Shown here: piece after piece, positions 20,753-29,860 of the stretch | Layout: every line of letters starts with the position of its first letter | Numbering within the stretch: the first letter of the stretch is position 1 | Assembly (NCBI GenBank): GCA_903825105.1 | Contig: CAIJZI010000007.1 | Location: forward strand, 23,178-87,177 | Direction of reading: 5' to 3' | DNA from: an uncultured bacterium | GTDB taxonomy: Bacteria; Patescibacteriota; Minisyncoccia; Phycocordibacterales; Phycocordibacteraceae | Length of the DNA stretch: 64,000 bases | Translations under genes and position numbers: made by a program | Notes under the pieces: generated by a model | What the model was told of the DNA's origin: nothing | Databases searched by the model: none | The model's input: only the letters and a program-made list of their open reading frames with translations

Positions 20753-20776
20753 AAGTAAAAATTTAAATATTTAACA

Positions 20777-23700
20777 TTATTCTTCCGGTTCCGGAGGCAG
20801 ATTAAGTGATTCGACATCAAGTCCGAGACCGCGGATCTGATTGGTAAGCACCGAGAACGATGCTGGCGTGTTGGTGTGACTTATCGGCTCGCCCTTCACG
20901 ATAGCGTCGAATGCCGCTGAACGACCTTGAATATCGTCAGACTTAATCGTGAGCATTTCGCGAAGTGTATACGCCGCTCCATAGCCGAGAAGAGCCCAGA
21001 CTTCCATTTCTCCAAATCGTTGCCCGCCGTTTTGCGCCTTTCCGCCAAGCGGCTGTTGGGTAATAAGTGAGTATGGACCAATCGAGCGCATGTGGATCTT
21101 GTCTTCAACCATGTGGTGGAGCTTCAAGATGTACATATAACCAACCGCGATTGTCTGTGCGAACGCTTCGCCAGTGCGACCGTTGAAGAGCTGCATCTTC
21201 CCGCTCTTGTCGAATCCTGCTTTGACCAATTCTTCTCGAATCTCATCAGGCGTCGCGCCCGCAAATGGTGGGATAATCGCCTGATAGCCGAGCGTGTTCG
21301 CGGCGAGTCCGAGGTGCATCTCGAGAATTTGCCCGAGGTTCATACGAGAAGGAACGCCGAGCGGTGTGAGAATGATGTCAACCGGATTGCCGTCTTTGTC
21401 GTATGGCATATCCTCGACGGGCAACACACAACTGATGATACCTTTGTTACCGTGTCGTCCAGCGAGTTTGTCGCCGACAGAAACATTTCTCACCTGTGCG
21501 ACCGTAACCACAATTTTCTTTATAATACCGGTCTCGAGTTGGTCACCACGCTCGCGTGAGAAGATGCGCACACCAATCACGCGCCCACTCTTCCCGCCTT
21601 CCATACGAAGCGAGGTGTCCTTCACATCCTTTGCCTTATCACCAAAGATGCTGCGGAGGAGGCGCTCTTCTGGCGTGAGTTGTGTCTCGCCCTTCGGAGT
21701 CACCTTCCCGACGAGAATATCGCCCGAGCGCACTTCTGCGCCGATGCGGATAATTCCCTCTTCATCAAGATTTTTCAAACGGAGTTCGCCGACATTCGGG
21801 ATGTCGTGCGTCGTCGTCTCGGGGCCGAGCTTGGTATCGCGCACCACACAATCAAAGTCTTCGATGTGCACCGTCGTGAATTTAGAATTCTCAACAAGTC
21901 GTTCAGAAATAATAATCGCGTCTTCATAGTTGGCACCGTACCAACTCATAAAGGCGACGCGTACATTCTGTCCGAGCGAGAGCTGCCCCTTATCCGTCGA
22001 GGAGTTGTCAGCGAGGACATCACCCTTCTTCACAACGGTTCCGACAGAGACCGATGGTCGGTGCATAAATGCAGAGTTTTGGTTTGTTCGCGTGAGCCCT
22101 TGGAGACGATACTCCTTCACCTTTCCTTCTTTATTTTTAACGAGAATCTTTCGCGCTTCGACATGCGTCACTTCGCCTGCTTCTGCTGCGACGATAAGAC
22201 GATTTGTGCTGCGCGCAGCGTGCTCCTCCATACCCGTCGCCACGAGTGGCGCTTCAGGAATAAGAAGGGGAGTCGCTTGCTTCTGCATAGCAGAACCCAT
22301 GAGTGCGCGGTTCGCGTCGTCGTGGTTTACGAACGGAATCATCGAGGTCGAAATCGACAACATCTGGTAGGTCGAAACATCCATAAGCGTAATCAGATCT
22401 CTCTTGACGATAATCGGCTCGCCCATATGTCGTGCTTCGACGAGATCAGAAATAATCTTGCCATCGTCGTTAATCTTCGTTGCCCCGTGTGCAATATATT
22501 CAACTTCTTCATCAAGAGCGCTCATATAGACGATATCGCGCGTTGTCTTCCCTTTTTCTACTTTCAAATACGGCGTTTCGATAACACCGAAATCGTTGGT
22601 GCGCGAGTGCGTCGCCATATGCAGAATAAGACCGATGTTCTGACCTTCAGGTGTGTGAATTGGACAGAGTCTTCCGTAGTGCGAAGGGTGCACATCGCGT
22701 ACCTCGAAGCCGGCGCGTTCACGCGTGAGCCCGCCTGGGCCGAGTGCTGAGAAGAGGCGCATGTGTTCGAGTTCAGCGAGAATGTTCTGCTGATCCATAA
22801 ACTGCGAGAGTTGGTTCGCGGTGAAGAATTCGTGGATCGATGCGTGGAATGGACGCGGGTTGATGAGCTCGGTTGGGAGCGTCGTCTCGCTGCCAGTCGT
22901 CGACATACGATCTTGGATATTGCGCTTCATACGGCTCATACCAACACGCATACGCGACTGGAGGAGTTCGCCAACGAATCGAACGCGGCGGAATCCGAGA
23001 TGATCGATGTCATCAACTTGAGCGGCAGGATCTGCATTTAACTTGGCGATTTCAGAGACGATATTGACGAAATCAGAGAGTGAGAGTGTGTGATTCTCAA
23101 GCGCCTTTGGCGTGGTCGGGAGACCGAAACGCGTGTTGAATCGGTGTCGGCCAACATTGCCGATGTCATAGCGTTCAGGAGAAAAGAGTGATTGGACAAA
23201 GTTTTTCGCATTATCTGGAGTCGCGAGATCGCCATCGCGCATACGACGATGGATCTCGATATACGCGTCTTCGACAGTCTTTGCTTCGTCACGCGCGAGC
23301 GTTGCCTTAATCATCGCGAGCGCGAGTGGATTATTCGCGAAGTGTTTCGCGACTGATTCGCCAATGCCTCCCCCAAAAATCGCGAGGAGTTCGGTAACCG
23401 GGAACTTACGCTTTCGATCAATCTTCACAAACAGTGCACCATCTGCATCAGATTCAAATTCGATCCAGACACCGCGGAGCGGAATAATCTTCGCGCCGAA
23501 GCACGGCTTCCCGCGCAAAAGTTCAGAAACGAAGAATGCACCGAAGCTTCGCGCGAGCTGCGGGACGATAACTCTCTCAACACCAGAAACAATAAAGGAC
23601 CCGTGCGGGGTCATCAGCGGAATGTCCGCGAGGAAAATCTCTTGGCTCTTTTCAGAACCGAAGGTCTTATTAATGAGCTTCACCGTCGCCTTGACCGGCG

Positions 23701-23953
23701 CTTCGTAGGTGCGGAGATTGTCGCGCGCGAAATCCTCATCATATTTCGGTTCGCCAATTTCAAAACTCTCAAATTTTAGTTCAAACTTCTTTCCCGAATA
23801 ATCGGTGACTGGCGAGAACTCTTTGAAGAGTTCCTTTAAACCATCTTTCAAAAGCCAGTCGAACGATCCGTGCTGATGCTTCACCAAATCAGGAAACGGC
23901 ACGACGGGAGCTCGATACGCACCGAATGTTTTCTGAATGAGATTTTTACGCAT
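20777..23953 (-). CDS. rpoB: RNA polymerase beta subunit
   Basis: GDKLAGRHGNKG, GGQRFGEMEVWAL; start placed at MRKNL. Confidence 0.98.
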   Translation of the reverse strand: MRKNLIQKTFGAYRAPVVPFPDLVKHQHGSFDWLLKDGLKELFKEFSPVTDYSGKKFELKFESFEIGEPKYDEDFARDNLRTYEAPVKATVKLINKTFGSEKSQEIFLADIPLMTPHGSFIVSGVERVIVPQLARSFGAFFVSELLRGKPCFGAKIIPLRGVWIEFESDADGALFVKIDRKRKFPVTELLAIFGGGIGESVAKHFANNPLALAMIKATLARDEAKTVEDAYIEIHRRMRDGDLATPDNAKNFVQSLFSPERYDIGNVGRHRFNTRFGLPTTPKALENHTLSLSDFVNIVSEIAKLNADPAAQVDDIDHLGFRRVRFVGELLQSRMRVGMSRMKRNIQDRMSTTGSETTLPTELINPRPFHASIHEFFTANQLSQFMDQQNILAELEHMRLFSALGPGGLTRERAGFEVRDVHPSHYGRLCPIHTPEGQNIGLILHMATHSRTNDFGVIETPYLKVEKGKTTRDIVYMSALDEEVEYIAHGATKINDDGKIISDLVEARHMGEPIIVKRDLITLMDVSTYQMLSISTSMIPFVNHDDANRALMGSAMQKQATPLLIPEAPLVATGMEEHAARSTNRLIVAAEAGEVTHVEARKILVKNKEGKVKEYRLQGLTRTNQNSAFMHRPSVSVGTVVKKGDVLADNSSTDKGQLSLGQNVRVAFMSWYGANYEDAIIISERLVENSKFTTVHIEDFDCVVRDTKLGPETTTHDIPNVGELRLKNLDEEGIIRIGAEVRSGDILVGKVTPKGETQLTPEERLLRSIFGDKAKDVKDTSLRMEGGKSGRVIGVRIFSRERGDQLETGIIKKIVVTVAQVRNVSVGDKLAGRHGNKGIISCVLPVEDMPYDKDGNPVDIILTPLGVPSRMNLGQILEMHLGLAANTLGYQAIIPPFAGATPDEIREELVKAGFDKSGKMQLFNGRTGEAFAQTIAVGYMYILKLHHMVEDKIHMRSIGPYSLITQQPLGGKAQNGGQRFGEMEVWALLGYGAAYTLREMLTIKSDDIQGRSAAFDAIVKGEPISHTNTPASFSVLTNQIRGLGLDVESLNLPPEPEE

Positions 23954-24150
23954 GTGATGGTGATGAAGTAATAAAAGAAAACCCTCATTTAAATGCACAA
24001 CAAAAGCGCAAAGATTCGCCTCGCTTTTGCGTTTTTTCTAGTTCCCGTATGTTTGTACCCCGCATTACTCACTCGTATCTATGCACCTATAATGTACCAA
24101 ACCCCCGATTTTTCTGCAACCCCATGTGGGGATAACGAAATTTGGCACTT

Positions 24151-24193
24151 TGGGAAGGTCAGACCTTCCCACTTGGAAGTTGAACTTCCAAGT
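24151..24193. repeat. Two adjacent family D palindromes
   Basis: tgggaaggtcagaccttccca and acttggaagttgaacttccaagt. Confidence 0.8.
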
Positions 24194-24633
24194 TATGAAA
24201 CCGTGCACTCAGCGAGATATTCTAATGCTTCCTCGATATTTTGAACCGTGATTTTATGATGGTAGCCAAAATAATCTATTATTAATTTGCGCTCATCTAC
24301 TAGCACTTCTGAAAACCTTTTATACGAAACTGAATCATCGACTGCGATTATCTTATGATCTTCATCTTCGCGCTCTAATAAGCCGATAACTTCGACATCT
24401 GTTTCATCTCCTGTTTTGAATTGTTTATTTGAAAAAATAATGACATCGACATTATCTTTTTCTTTTTTGTTAATCGCATTTTCTATATATCCGTAAGCTA
24501 TAGGAATAATTCCATCGTTCACTGGGATTTTTTCTTTTATTGGACCAAAATCTTCAAAGCCGCTACCGTCATATTTAAAATGAATCCTTCTGTCGCACCC
24601 TTTTGGAATCTCAATAACGGCTTTGTATTTCAT
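24193..24633 (-). CDS. ppa: Family I inorganic pyrophosphatase (short form)
   Basis: VIEIPKG, P.AYGYI, DNVDV, EDHKIIAV. Confidence 0.8.
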   Translation of the reverse strand: MKYKAVIEIPKGCDRRIHFKYDGSGFEDFGPIKEKIPVNDGIIPIAYGYIENAINKKEKDNVDVIIFSNKQFKTGDETDVEVIGLLEREDEDHKIIAVDDSVSYKRFSEVLVDERKLIIDYFGYHHKITVQNIEEALEYLAECTVS

Positions 24634-24667
24634 ATTTTGAATTATCCCTTGGAAGTCTCCCGAGTTG

Positions 24668-25204
24668 CTACTTCTGATTATATTTTAACCAGAGCTGCGT
24701 ATCGTAGCCAGTGAGAACTCTGTCTTCTTCGTTTATTCCCAGTTCTTTTAGAAAATCAAAAAGCTCGTTCTGAACTTTTTCTCCATCTTCGTCTGATATT
24801 TTTTCGACTTCGATAAATGAGCCAAGGTCGCGCACTTCGTCGAGACAAATCTCATATCCGCGACAATTCCCTTTTCGTCTCTTTTTATGAACTTCGACCG
24901 TCTGTTCGAATCCAAGTAATTCGATAATATCTTTTAAGATATTTCGATCGCTGACATCGATTTCTTTTTCTATACAATCGAGCTCGCCACCGCGATTCTG
25001 TTTCAAGGTAAAAATAATTCGGTCTCCCTGCTCACGAATCCGCAGAACGGGCGAGTCATGGTGTTTTAAATCTATGCCTTTTTGATTAAAAATATAATCG
25101 TCCTGAATAATTGGTTCGGACAAAGCGCACCCGATTTCAGTTAGTTTCGAACTAATTGCATCAAAATCTTTTACTTTAGCTTTTACTTCTATTTCGTATG
25201 CCAT
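24668..25204 (-). CDS. CYTH domain / class IV adenylate cyclase-like protein
   Basis: EIEVK, LRIR, TLK, KKRR, DEV..LGSFIEVE, GY motifs. Confidence 0.9.
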   Translation of the reverse strand: MAYEIEVKAKVKDFDAISSKLTEIGCALSEPIIQDDYIFNQKGIDLKHHDSPVLRIREQGDRIIFTLKQNRGGELDCIEKEIDVSDRNILKDIIELLGFEQTVEVHKKRRKGNCRGYEICLDEVRDLGSFIEVEKISDEDGEKVQNELFDFLKELGINEEDRVLTGYDTQLWLKYNQK

Positions 25205-25431
25205 AAGTAGATTTTAGCATATAACTTCATCCAGTTGGAAGTTTCGCTTCCAAGTTATTTATAAAAAATACAAAGCCCCATGCAGTCTCTTTCAGGAGAA
25301 ACTACACGGGGCTGATTTGTCCGGCGACTGATACCGGAGGGGCCTATTCAAGGCATTGCTCTTGGACAATAAACTTGGCCTTCGTCTACCGATCAGCTGC
25401 TCCTCTGTGACGAGTGGCGCTAAAAGAGAGG

Positions 25432-26139
25432 TTACTTCTCCATCCTCCATTTGTCAATATTCGCATGATGGCCGGTTTGGAGGACTTTTGGCACGCGATA
25501 ATTTTTACCTTTAAATAGAATAGTTTCGGGTCGCGTGTAGACCGCGCTCGAGGCGATGCGGAGCTCTTCAACCGATGTATCTTTGCCGAGAACCCCTGGC
25601 AGGCGGCGCGTAACAGCGTCGATGATCGCGAGCGCCGGCACTTCTCCGCCAGTATAAGTCGCCTCGCCAACAGCAAATTCTTTGACTGTTGCGAGTGTTT
25701 TCAAAATTTTCTTCGCGCGTTCGTCGATGCCTTCATAACGACCGCAGACGAGAATCACATTCTCGTATTCCGCGAGCGCGTCAGCATCTTTATTGGTGAA
25801 TTGTTTGGCGCTGGGCGAGAACCATACGACCAATGCCTTTCGTCCATGTTTGGACTTACGAAATCCCTCATCAGATGATGGATTTCGTAAGTCCCTCATA
25901 CGGCCCAATGCTTTCTGGACAGCCTTAATCACAGGCTCAGCCTGCATCACCATCCCTGGACCACCGCCATAGGGCTTGTCATCTACTTTTTTATAACTTC
26001 CTTCTGGCCCTTTAATAAAATCACGTGGATTCTGATATTTTATTGAAATCTTTTTTTCTTTTTGCGCACGACCAATGATTGATGTGTTCAGGTACGCATC
26101 GCAGGCTTCTGGAAACAATGTAATGAGATTAAATTTCAT
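25432..26139 (-). CDS. trmD: tRNA (guanine37-N1)-methyltransferase with in-frame palindromic insert
   Basis: VDDKPYGGGPGMVM, CGRYEGIDER, YTRP; rpsP-khpA-trmD synteny. Confidence 0.97.
   Translation of the reverse strand: MKFNLITLFPEACDAYLNTSIIGRAQKEKKISIKYQNPRDFIKGPEGSYKKVDDKPYGGGPGMVMQAEPVIKAVQKALGRMRDLRNPSSDEGFRKSKHGRKALVVWFSPSAKQFTNKDADALAEYENVILVCGRYEGIDERAKKILKTLATVKEFAVGEATYTGGEVPALAIIDAVTRRLPGVLGKDTSVEELRIASSAVYTRPETILFKGKNYRVPKVLQTGHHANIDKWRMEK
25844..25898. repeat. Family A palindromic element in-frame in trmD
   Basis: ggacttacgaaatccctcatc-a-gatgatggatttcgtaagtcc; near-identical to 60432-60486. Confidence 0.9.
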
Positions 26140-26422
26140 CGACCACCTGATCAACGGTCTTTATATCCCTTTTACCGCCGACGGGTTCATTTATTTTCAA
26201 ATTCACGCGCGCATTCCCTTTCATCCCGATCACGCGAAGAAGAATACGGAGAGCTTCAGCGGTCTTTCCGCTCTTGCCGATAATTTTCCCCATATCGTCT
26301 GGATGGACGGTGAGTGTGAGTAAAACTCCCATCTGGTCGATGGTTCGAGTGGTCTCAACCGACTCTGGATGTTCGGCGAGGGCTTTAACAGCGTATTCGA
26401 GAAATGCCTGATCTGCTTCCAT
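26129..26422 (-). CDS. khpA: KH-domain RNA-binding protein
   Basis: DMGKIIGKSGKTA; located between rpsP and trmD. Confidence 0.9.
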   Translation of the reverse strand: MEADQAFLEYAVKALAEHPESVETTRTIDQMGVLLTLTVHPDDMGKIIGKSGKTAEALRILLRVIGMKGNARVNLKINEPVGGKRDIKTVDQVVDEI

Positions 26423-26445
26423 ATTTGGTAGGCTCTTTCGAGCGG

Positions 26446-26868
26446 TTATTCTGCTGGGGTTTCTTCTGGAGCTGGTTCTGCTTCTGCGGCTACCTCTTCT
26501 TCAGTTGGTGCCACGACTTCTTCTACCACAGGCGCTGGGGCTGCTGCTGCCGCGGCGGCTGCAGCTTCGGCAGCTACTTTTTTCTCATCGACGATCGGCG
26601 ATTTCTTCGGCAAGACATTTACCTTCTTCCCTTCGATAATCTTCTTCGAGATAAGGAGATTCCTGATCGAGTCAGTTGGCTGTGCGCCCATCGAGATCCA
26701 GTATTTTACACGGTCCTCTTTTATAGTGAGCGCCTTGCTTCTCGGATTATAGGTGCCGAGCTGCTCGTTCACATTACCAGCTTTAGCCGCGCGCTCCTTT
26801 TCTAATAAGACAATGCGGAACGCCGGATCATTGGTCCGGCCGATGCGCTGAAATCGAATCATCAACAT
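26446..26868 (-). CDS. rpsP: 30S ribosomal protein S16 with acidic tail
   Basis: MLMIRFQRIGR..P.FRIV, LGTYNP, YW...GAQPT. Confidence 0.95.
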   Translation of the reverse strand: MLMIRFQRIGRTNDPAFRIVLLEKERAAKAGNVNEQLGTYNPRSKALTIKEDRVKYWISMGAQPTDSIRNLLISKKIIEGKKVNVLPKKSPIVDEKKVAAEAAAAAAAAAPAPVVEEVVAPTEEEVAAEAEPAPEETPAE

Positions 26869-26917
26869 ATGTGCGAACTATAGCAGAAGACCATTAATAT
26901 TGCTAGAGTAGCTGTAC

Positions 26918-28861
26918 ATGGACACAAATACACTTCTCGAGGGCCCTATAACAATGACGCGTAAAGGCATTGGGTTCTTTAAGGTCGAAGGGGCTGATGA
27001 GGATCTTCTCATTCCCTCCGAGTGGACCAATCACGCGCTCTCGGGCGACATCGTGAAGGTCGCGCCAATGGGTAAATATAACGACCCTGCAGGGAGAATG
27101 CCGCCAAGAGATTCTGGAAAGGTTGTTGAAATAGTTTCGCGCGCGCGCGAGACATTTGTCGGCACGCTTATCGAAGAAAATGGCGTCACATTTCTCCAAC
27201 CTGATTATAAAAAGATGTATGTGCCACTCGTCATTCTTGATAAAGGGAAAGCAGAACTTGGTGACAAGGTGTTGGCGCGTCTCGGTGTCTGGGATACTGA
27301 TAAAGAATACCCGCTCGGCACGATAGAAGAAATAATTGGTCGAGCGGGCATGCACGAGACCGAGATGCGCGCGCTCGCGCTCGGTCAAGGATTCTCGCCA
27401 ACCTTTCCGCCCGGAGTCCTCGCTGAAGCGAAGAATCTTGAAGAAAACGGCGCAGCGATGCTTCTCGAAGAAACGAAAAATCCTGTGCGCAGAGATTTCA
27501 GAAAAATCAGCACTTGCACTATCGACCCAGTTGATGCAAAAGACTTTGACGACGCTCTTTCTGTTCAGAAACTTGAAAATGGCAATATTGAAGTCGGCGT
27601 GCACATCGCCGATGTTTCTTTCTTCGTGAAGCCCGGAAACGAACTCGACAAAGAAGCTCGCGAGCGAGCGACGAGTGTTTACCTTGTTGATCGCACGATC
27701 CCGATGCTCCCCGAGATCCTCTCGACTGATCTATGCTCGCTGATCCCCAATCAAGATCGTTTGGCTGTCTCTGCGGTCTTCACCCTCGACAAAGAGGCGA
27801 ACATTCTCGACTCGTGGTTTGGCGAAACGGTGATTCATTCTGACAAGCGCTTCACCTATGAAAATGCTCAAGAAGTTTTAGATAATGGAAGCGGGACTTT
27901 GCACGAAGAGCTCTCCACCCTTCTCGAACTCTCTAAAAAAATTCGTGCGAAGCGCCAAGCGAAGGGCGCGATTGAGTTCGACACGGCAGAAGTGAAGGTT
28001 GAATTAAATGCTGAAGGCGCTCCAATCGCGATTCATTTAAAAGAACGAAAGGCGACGAATCTTCTGATCGAAGATTTCATGCTGCTCGCCAACGAAGCGG
28101 TCGCGAAGCATCTTTCTAAATTAACCAGCGACGGCGGAGCCTCATTTGAATCGCTCTACCGAATTCACGATGCACCTGATGCTGACCGCATCGAGAATCT
28201 CGCGAACCTGCTCCGCGTGATGGGCTATAACTTAAAGACTGCGAGCGGGCGAGTCACGGGCGCAGAATTAAACAGGATGCTCGAATCGGTAAAAGGAAAG
28301 CCAGAAGAATATTTAGTAAAGACGGCGACCCTGCGCTCGATGAGTAAAGCGATTTATACGACACGCAATATCGGTCACTTCGGTCTCGCCTTCGACTACT
28401 ACACACACTTCACCTCGCCGATTCGCCGCTATCCAGACCTCATTATCCATCGCCTCGTGAAGTCGCACAGTGGCGGTGATCCGATTTCAAAACAAGAAAT
28501 GAGCGAATTCGATGCGCTCGCGCGCCACGCTTCAGAACGCGAAGTCGCCGCGGCTGATGCTGAACGCGATTCGATAAAAATGAAGCAAGTCGAATTCTTA
28601 ATCGGCAAAATCGGTGAAGAATTCGATGCAGTGATTTCTGGTGTGACCGATCGCGGGCTCTATGTTGAAGAACAATCAACGCATGCTGACGGAATGATAA
28701 ACATTCGCGCCGTGGGCGATGATTATTTTGAATATGACGAAAAGCATTATCGACTCGTCGGTCGCCGCACCCATAAAGCGTTTCAACTCGGCGACCCCAT
28801 CCGCGTGAAGCTCGCCGCCGCCCGCATCGCAGAAAAGGAATTGGATTTTGTACCGGTGTAA
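26918..28861 (+). CDS. rnr: Ribonuclease R (RNB family)
   Basis: TIDPVDAKDFDDALS, HFGL...YTHFTSPIRRYPDL, C-terminal S1 domain. Confidence 0.95.
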   Translation: MDTNTLLEGPITMTRKGIGFFKVEGADEDLLIPSEWTNHALSGDIVKVAPMGKYNDPAGRMPPRDSGKVVEIVSRARETFVGTLIEENGVTFLQPDYKKMYVPLVILDKGKAELGDKVLARLGVWDTDKEYPLGTIEEIIGRAGMHETEMRALALGQGFSPTFPPGVLAEAKNLEENGAAMLLEETKNPVRRDFRKISTCTIDPVDAKDFDDALSVQKLENGNIEVGVHIADVSFFVKPGNELDKEARERATSVYLVDRTIPMLPEILSTDLCSLIPNQDRLAVSAVFTLDKEANILDSWFGETVIHSDKRFTYENAQEVLDNGSGTLHEELSTLLELSKKIRAKRQAKGAIEFDTAEVKVELNAEGAPIAIHLKERKATNLLIEDFMLLANEAVAKHLSKLTSDGGASFESLYRIHDAPDADRIENLANLLRVMGYNLKTASGRVTGAELNRMLESVKGKPEEYLVKTATLRSMSKAIYTTRNIGHFGLAFDYYTHFTSPIRRYPDLIIHRLVKSHSGGDPISKQEMSEFDALARHASEREVAAADAERDSIKMKQVEFLIGKIGEEFDAVISGVTDRGLYVEEQSTHADGMINIRAVGDDYFEYDEKHYRLVGRRTHKAFQLGDPIRVKLAAARIAEKELDFVPV

Positions 28862-28902
28862 AAGTAGTTTCTTTAAACTATTTCCGTGTGAAAATATAGT
28901 TG

Positions 28903-29286
28903 ATGGATAAAAATTTTGACGAATGGAACGAGTGTAAAAAGAACCGTGACAAAAATGATATTGATATTTATTTTTACGAGCGTGAGATTTGGTGGTGCGC
29001 CATTGGTGTAAATGTAGGATTTGAACAAGATGGGAAAGGTGAGAGATTCGCCCGACCAGTGCTTATAATAAGAAAATTCAGCAAAAATGTATTTCTCGGC
29101 GTTCCACTTACAACAACAAAAAGAGAAAGTAAATATCATCATTCGTTTCCTTTTCTTGAAGCAGAGAGTACTGCGCTTCTTTCGCAAGTACGACTTTTTG
29201 ATTCAAAGAGATTACTTGTAAAAATGGGTAAAGTTTCAGAAAAAATACTTGAGGATGTGCGAGAAAGAGTACGAAAGATCGTCTAG
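28903..29286 (+). CDS. PemK/MazF-family toxin-like protein with no adjacent protein antitoxin
   Basis: EIWW..IG.NVGFEQDGK...RPVLII, VPLTT, SQVR.FD.KRL..KMG. Confidence 0.85.
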   Translation: MDKNFDEWNECKKNRDKNDIDIYFYEREIWWCAIGVNVGFEQDGKGERFARPVLIIRKFSKNVFLGVPLTTTKRESKYHHSFPFLEAESTALLSQVRLFDSKRLLVKMGKVSEKILEDVRERVRKIV

Positions 29287-29337
29287 AAATTGTTTGAGCC
29301 GCTCTTGCGAGCGGCTCGAGCCCGAAGGCCATTTGTT
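29287..29337 (-). ncRNA. Candidate small RNA convergent/antisense to pemK
   Basis: Minus-strand promoter TTGACT(29365-29370)-16-TATACT(29343-29348); cUUCGg hairpin (29320-29329) and 9-bp GCAA-tetraloop hairpin (29296-29317). Confidence 0.55.
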
Positions 29338-29392
29338 CAGTTAGTATATACGCCACGCATTGAAAGTCAAATGATGTGTGTGGACAGTCACT

Positions 29393-29440
29393 GCCGCCGC
29401 GCGCATCGCAGAAAAGGAATTTGATTTTGTTCCTGTGTAA
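29393..29440 (+). repeat. Displaced copy 2 of the rnr 3' end (AAARIAEKEFDFVPV*)
   Basis: 44/48 identical to 28814-28861; all four differences at third codon positions. Confidence 0.9.
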
Positions 29441-29441
29441 T

Positions 29442-29564
29442 TTATTTTTTATTTGGCAGAGAAATACCTAAATCTTTACAAATCTTGCGCGCCATAAAAG
29501 AATCTATTTCAGAGTGCCGCGGAACAGTGCTTATACAATCATTTTTTGGATTCCAAAATATCGT
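29442..29564 (-). pseudogene. hicA: C-terminal remnant of a HicA toxin
   Basis: Manual translation TIFWNPKNDCISTVPRHSEIDSFMARKICKDLGISLPNKK*; no start codon and N-terminal half missing. Confidence 0.7.
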
Positions 29565-29758
29565 TCACGAACAAGTGAATTACTGCGAGAATTTGTGCGC
29601 TTTGTGAGCGCGCGTCGTGCGAGTAGAAATTCAGAAAGCGCATCTGATAAATTTTCTTTTGCTTCTTTCTTCGAAGAACCCTGCGTATTTACGCCAGGAA
29701 TTTCTTCAAGCCATGCGATATATCCCGTGCGGACTTTTTTATAAATGGCTGTATACAT
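29531..29758 (-). CDS. hicB: HicB-family antitoxin (C-terminus runs into the hicA remnant)
   Basis: YTAIY....GYIAW.EEIPGVNTQG...EA.ENL.DAL; TATACT 7 nt before ATG. Confidence 0.85.
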   Translation of the reverse strand: MYTAIYKKVRTGYIAWLEEIPGVNTQGSSKKEAKENLSDALSEFLLARRALTKRTNSRSNSLVRERYFGIQKMIV

Positions 29759-29782
29759 ATCTGAAAGTATACCACACCACAA

Positions 29783-29818
29783 ATTGCCGAAAAAGAATTG
29801 GATTTTGTTCCGGTATAG
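29783..29818 (+). repeat. Displaced copy 3 of the rnr 3' end (IAEKELDFVPV*)
   Basis: 30/36 identical to the rnr end; all six differences synonymous (including TAA->TAG). Confidence 0.85.
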
Positions 29819-29820
29819 CC

Positions 29821-29843
29821 AGTGAGAGACTAAAGCTCTCACT
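29821..29843. repeat. Family E palindrome agtgagagNctaaagctctcact
   Basis: Copies at 29821, 32547 and 33072. Confidence 0.85.
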
Positions 29844-29860
29844 ACAAAATTATAAAAGCA

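Noticed and set aside
17118-23708. Long antisense ORFs within rpoB/rpoC (e.g. 19847-20596, 21680-22750)
   Set aside because: These are typical shadow frames from codon bias, with no motifs or expression signals.
23954-23998. His-rich N-terminal extension of RpoB (MHLNEGFLLLLHHHHM)
   Set aside because: It begins at a non-ATG codon within the leader; MRKNL at 23953 is the more plausible start.
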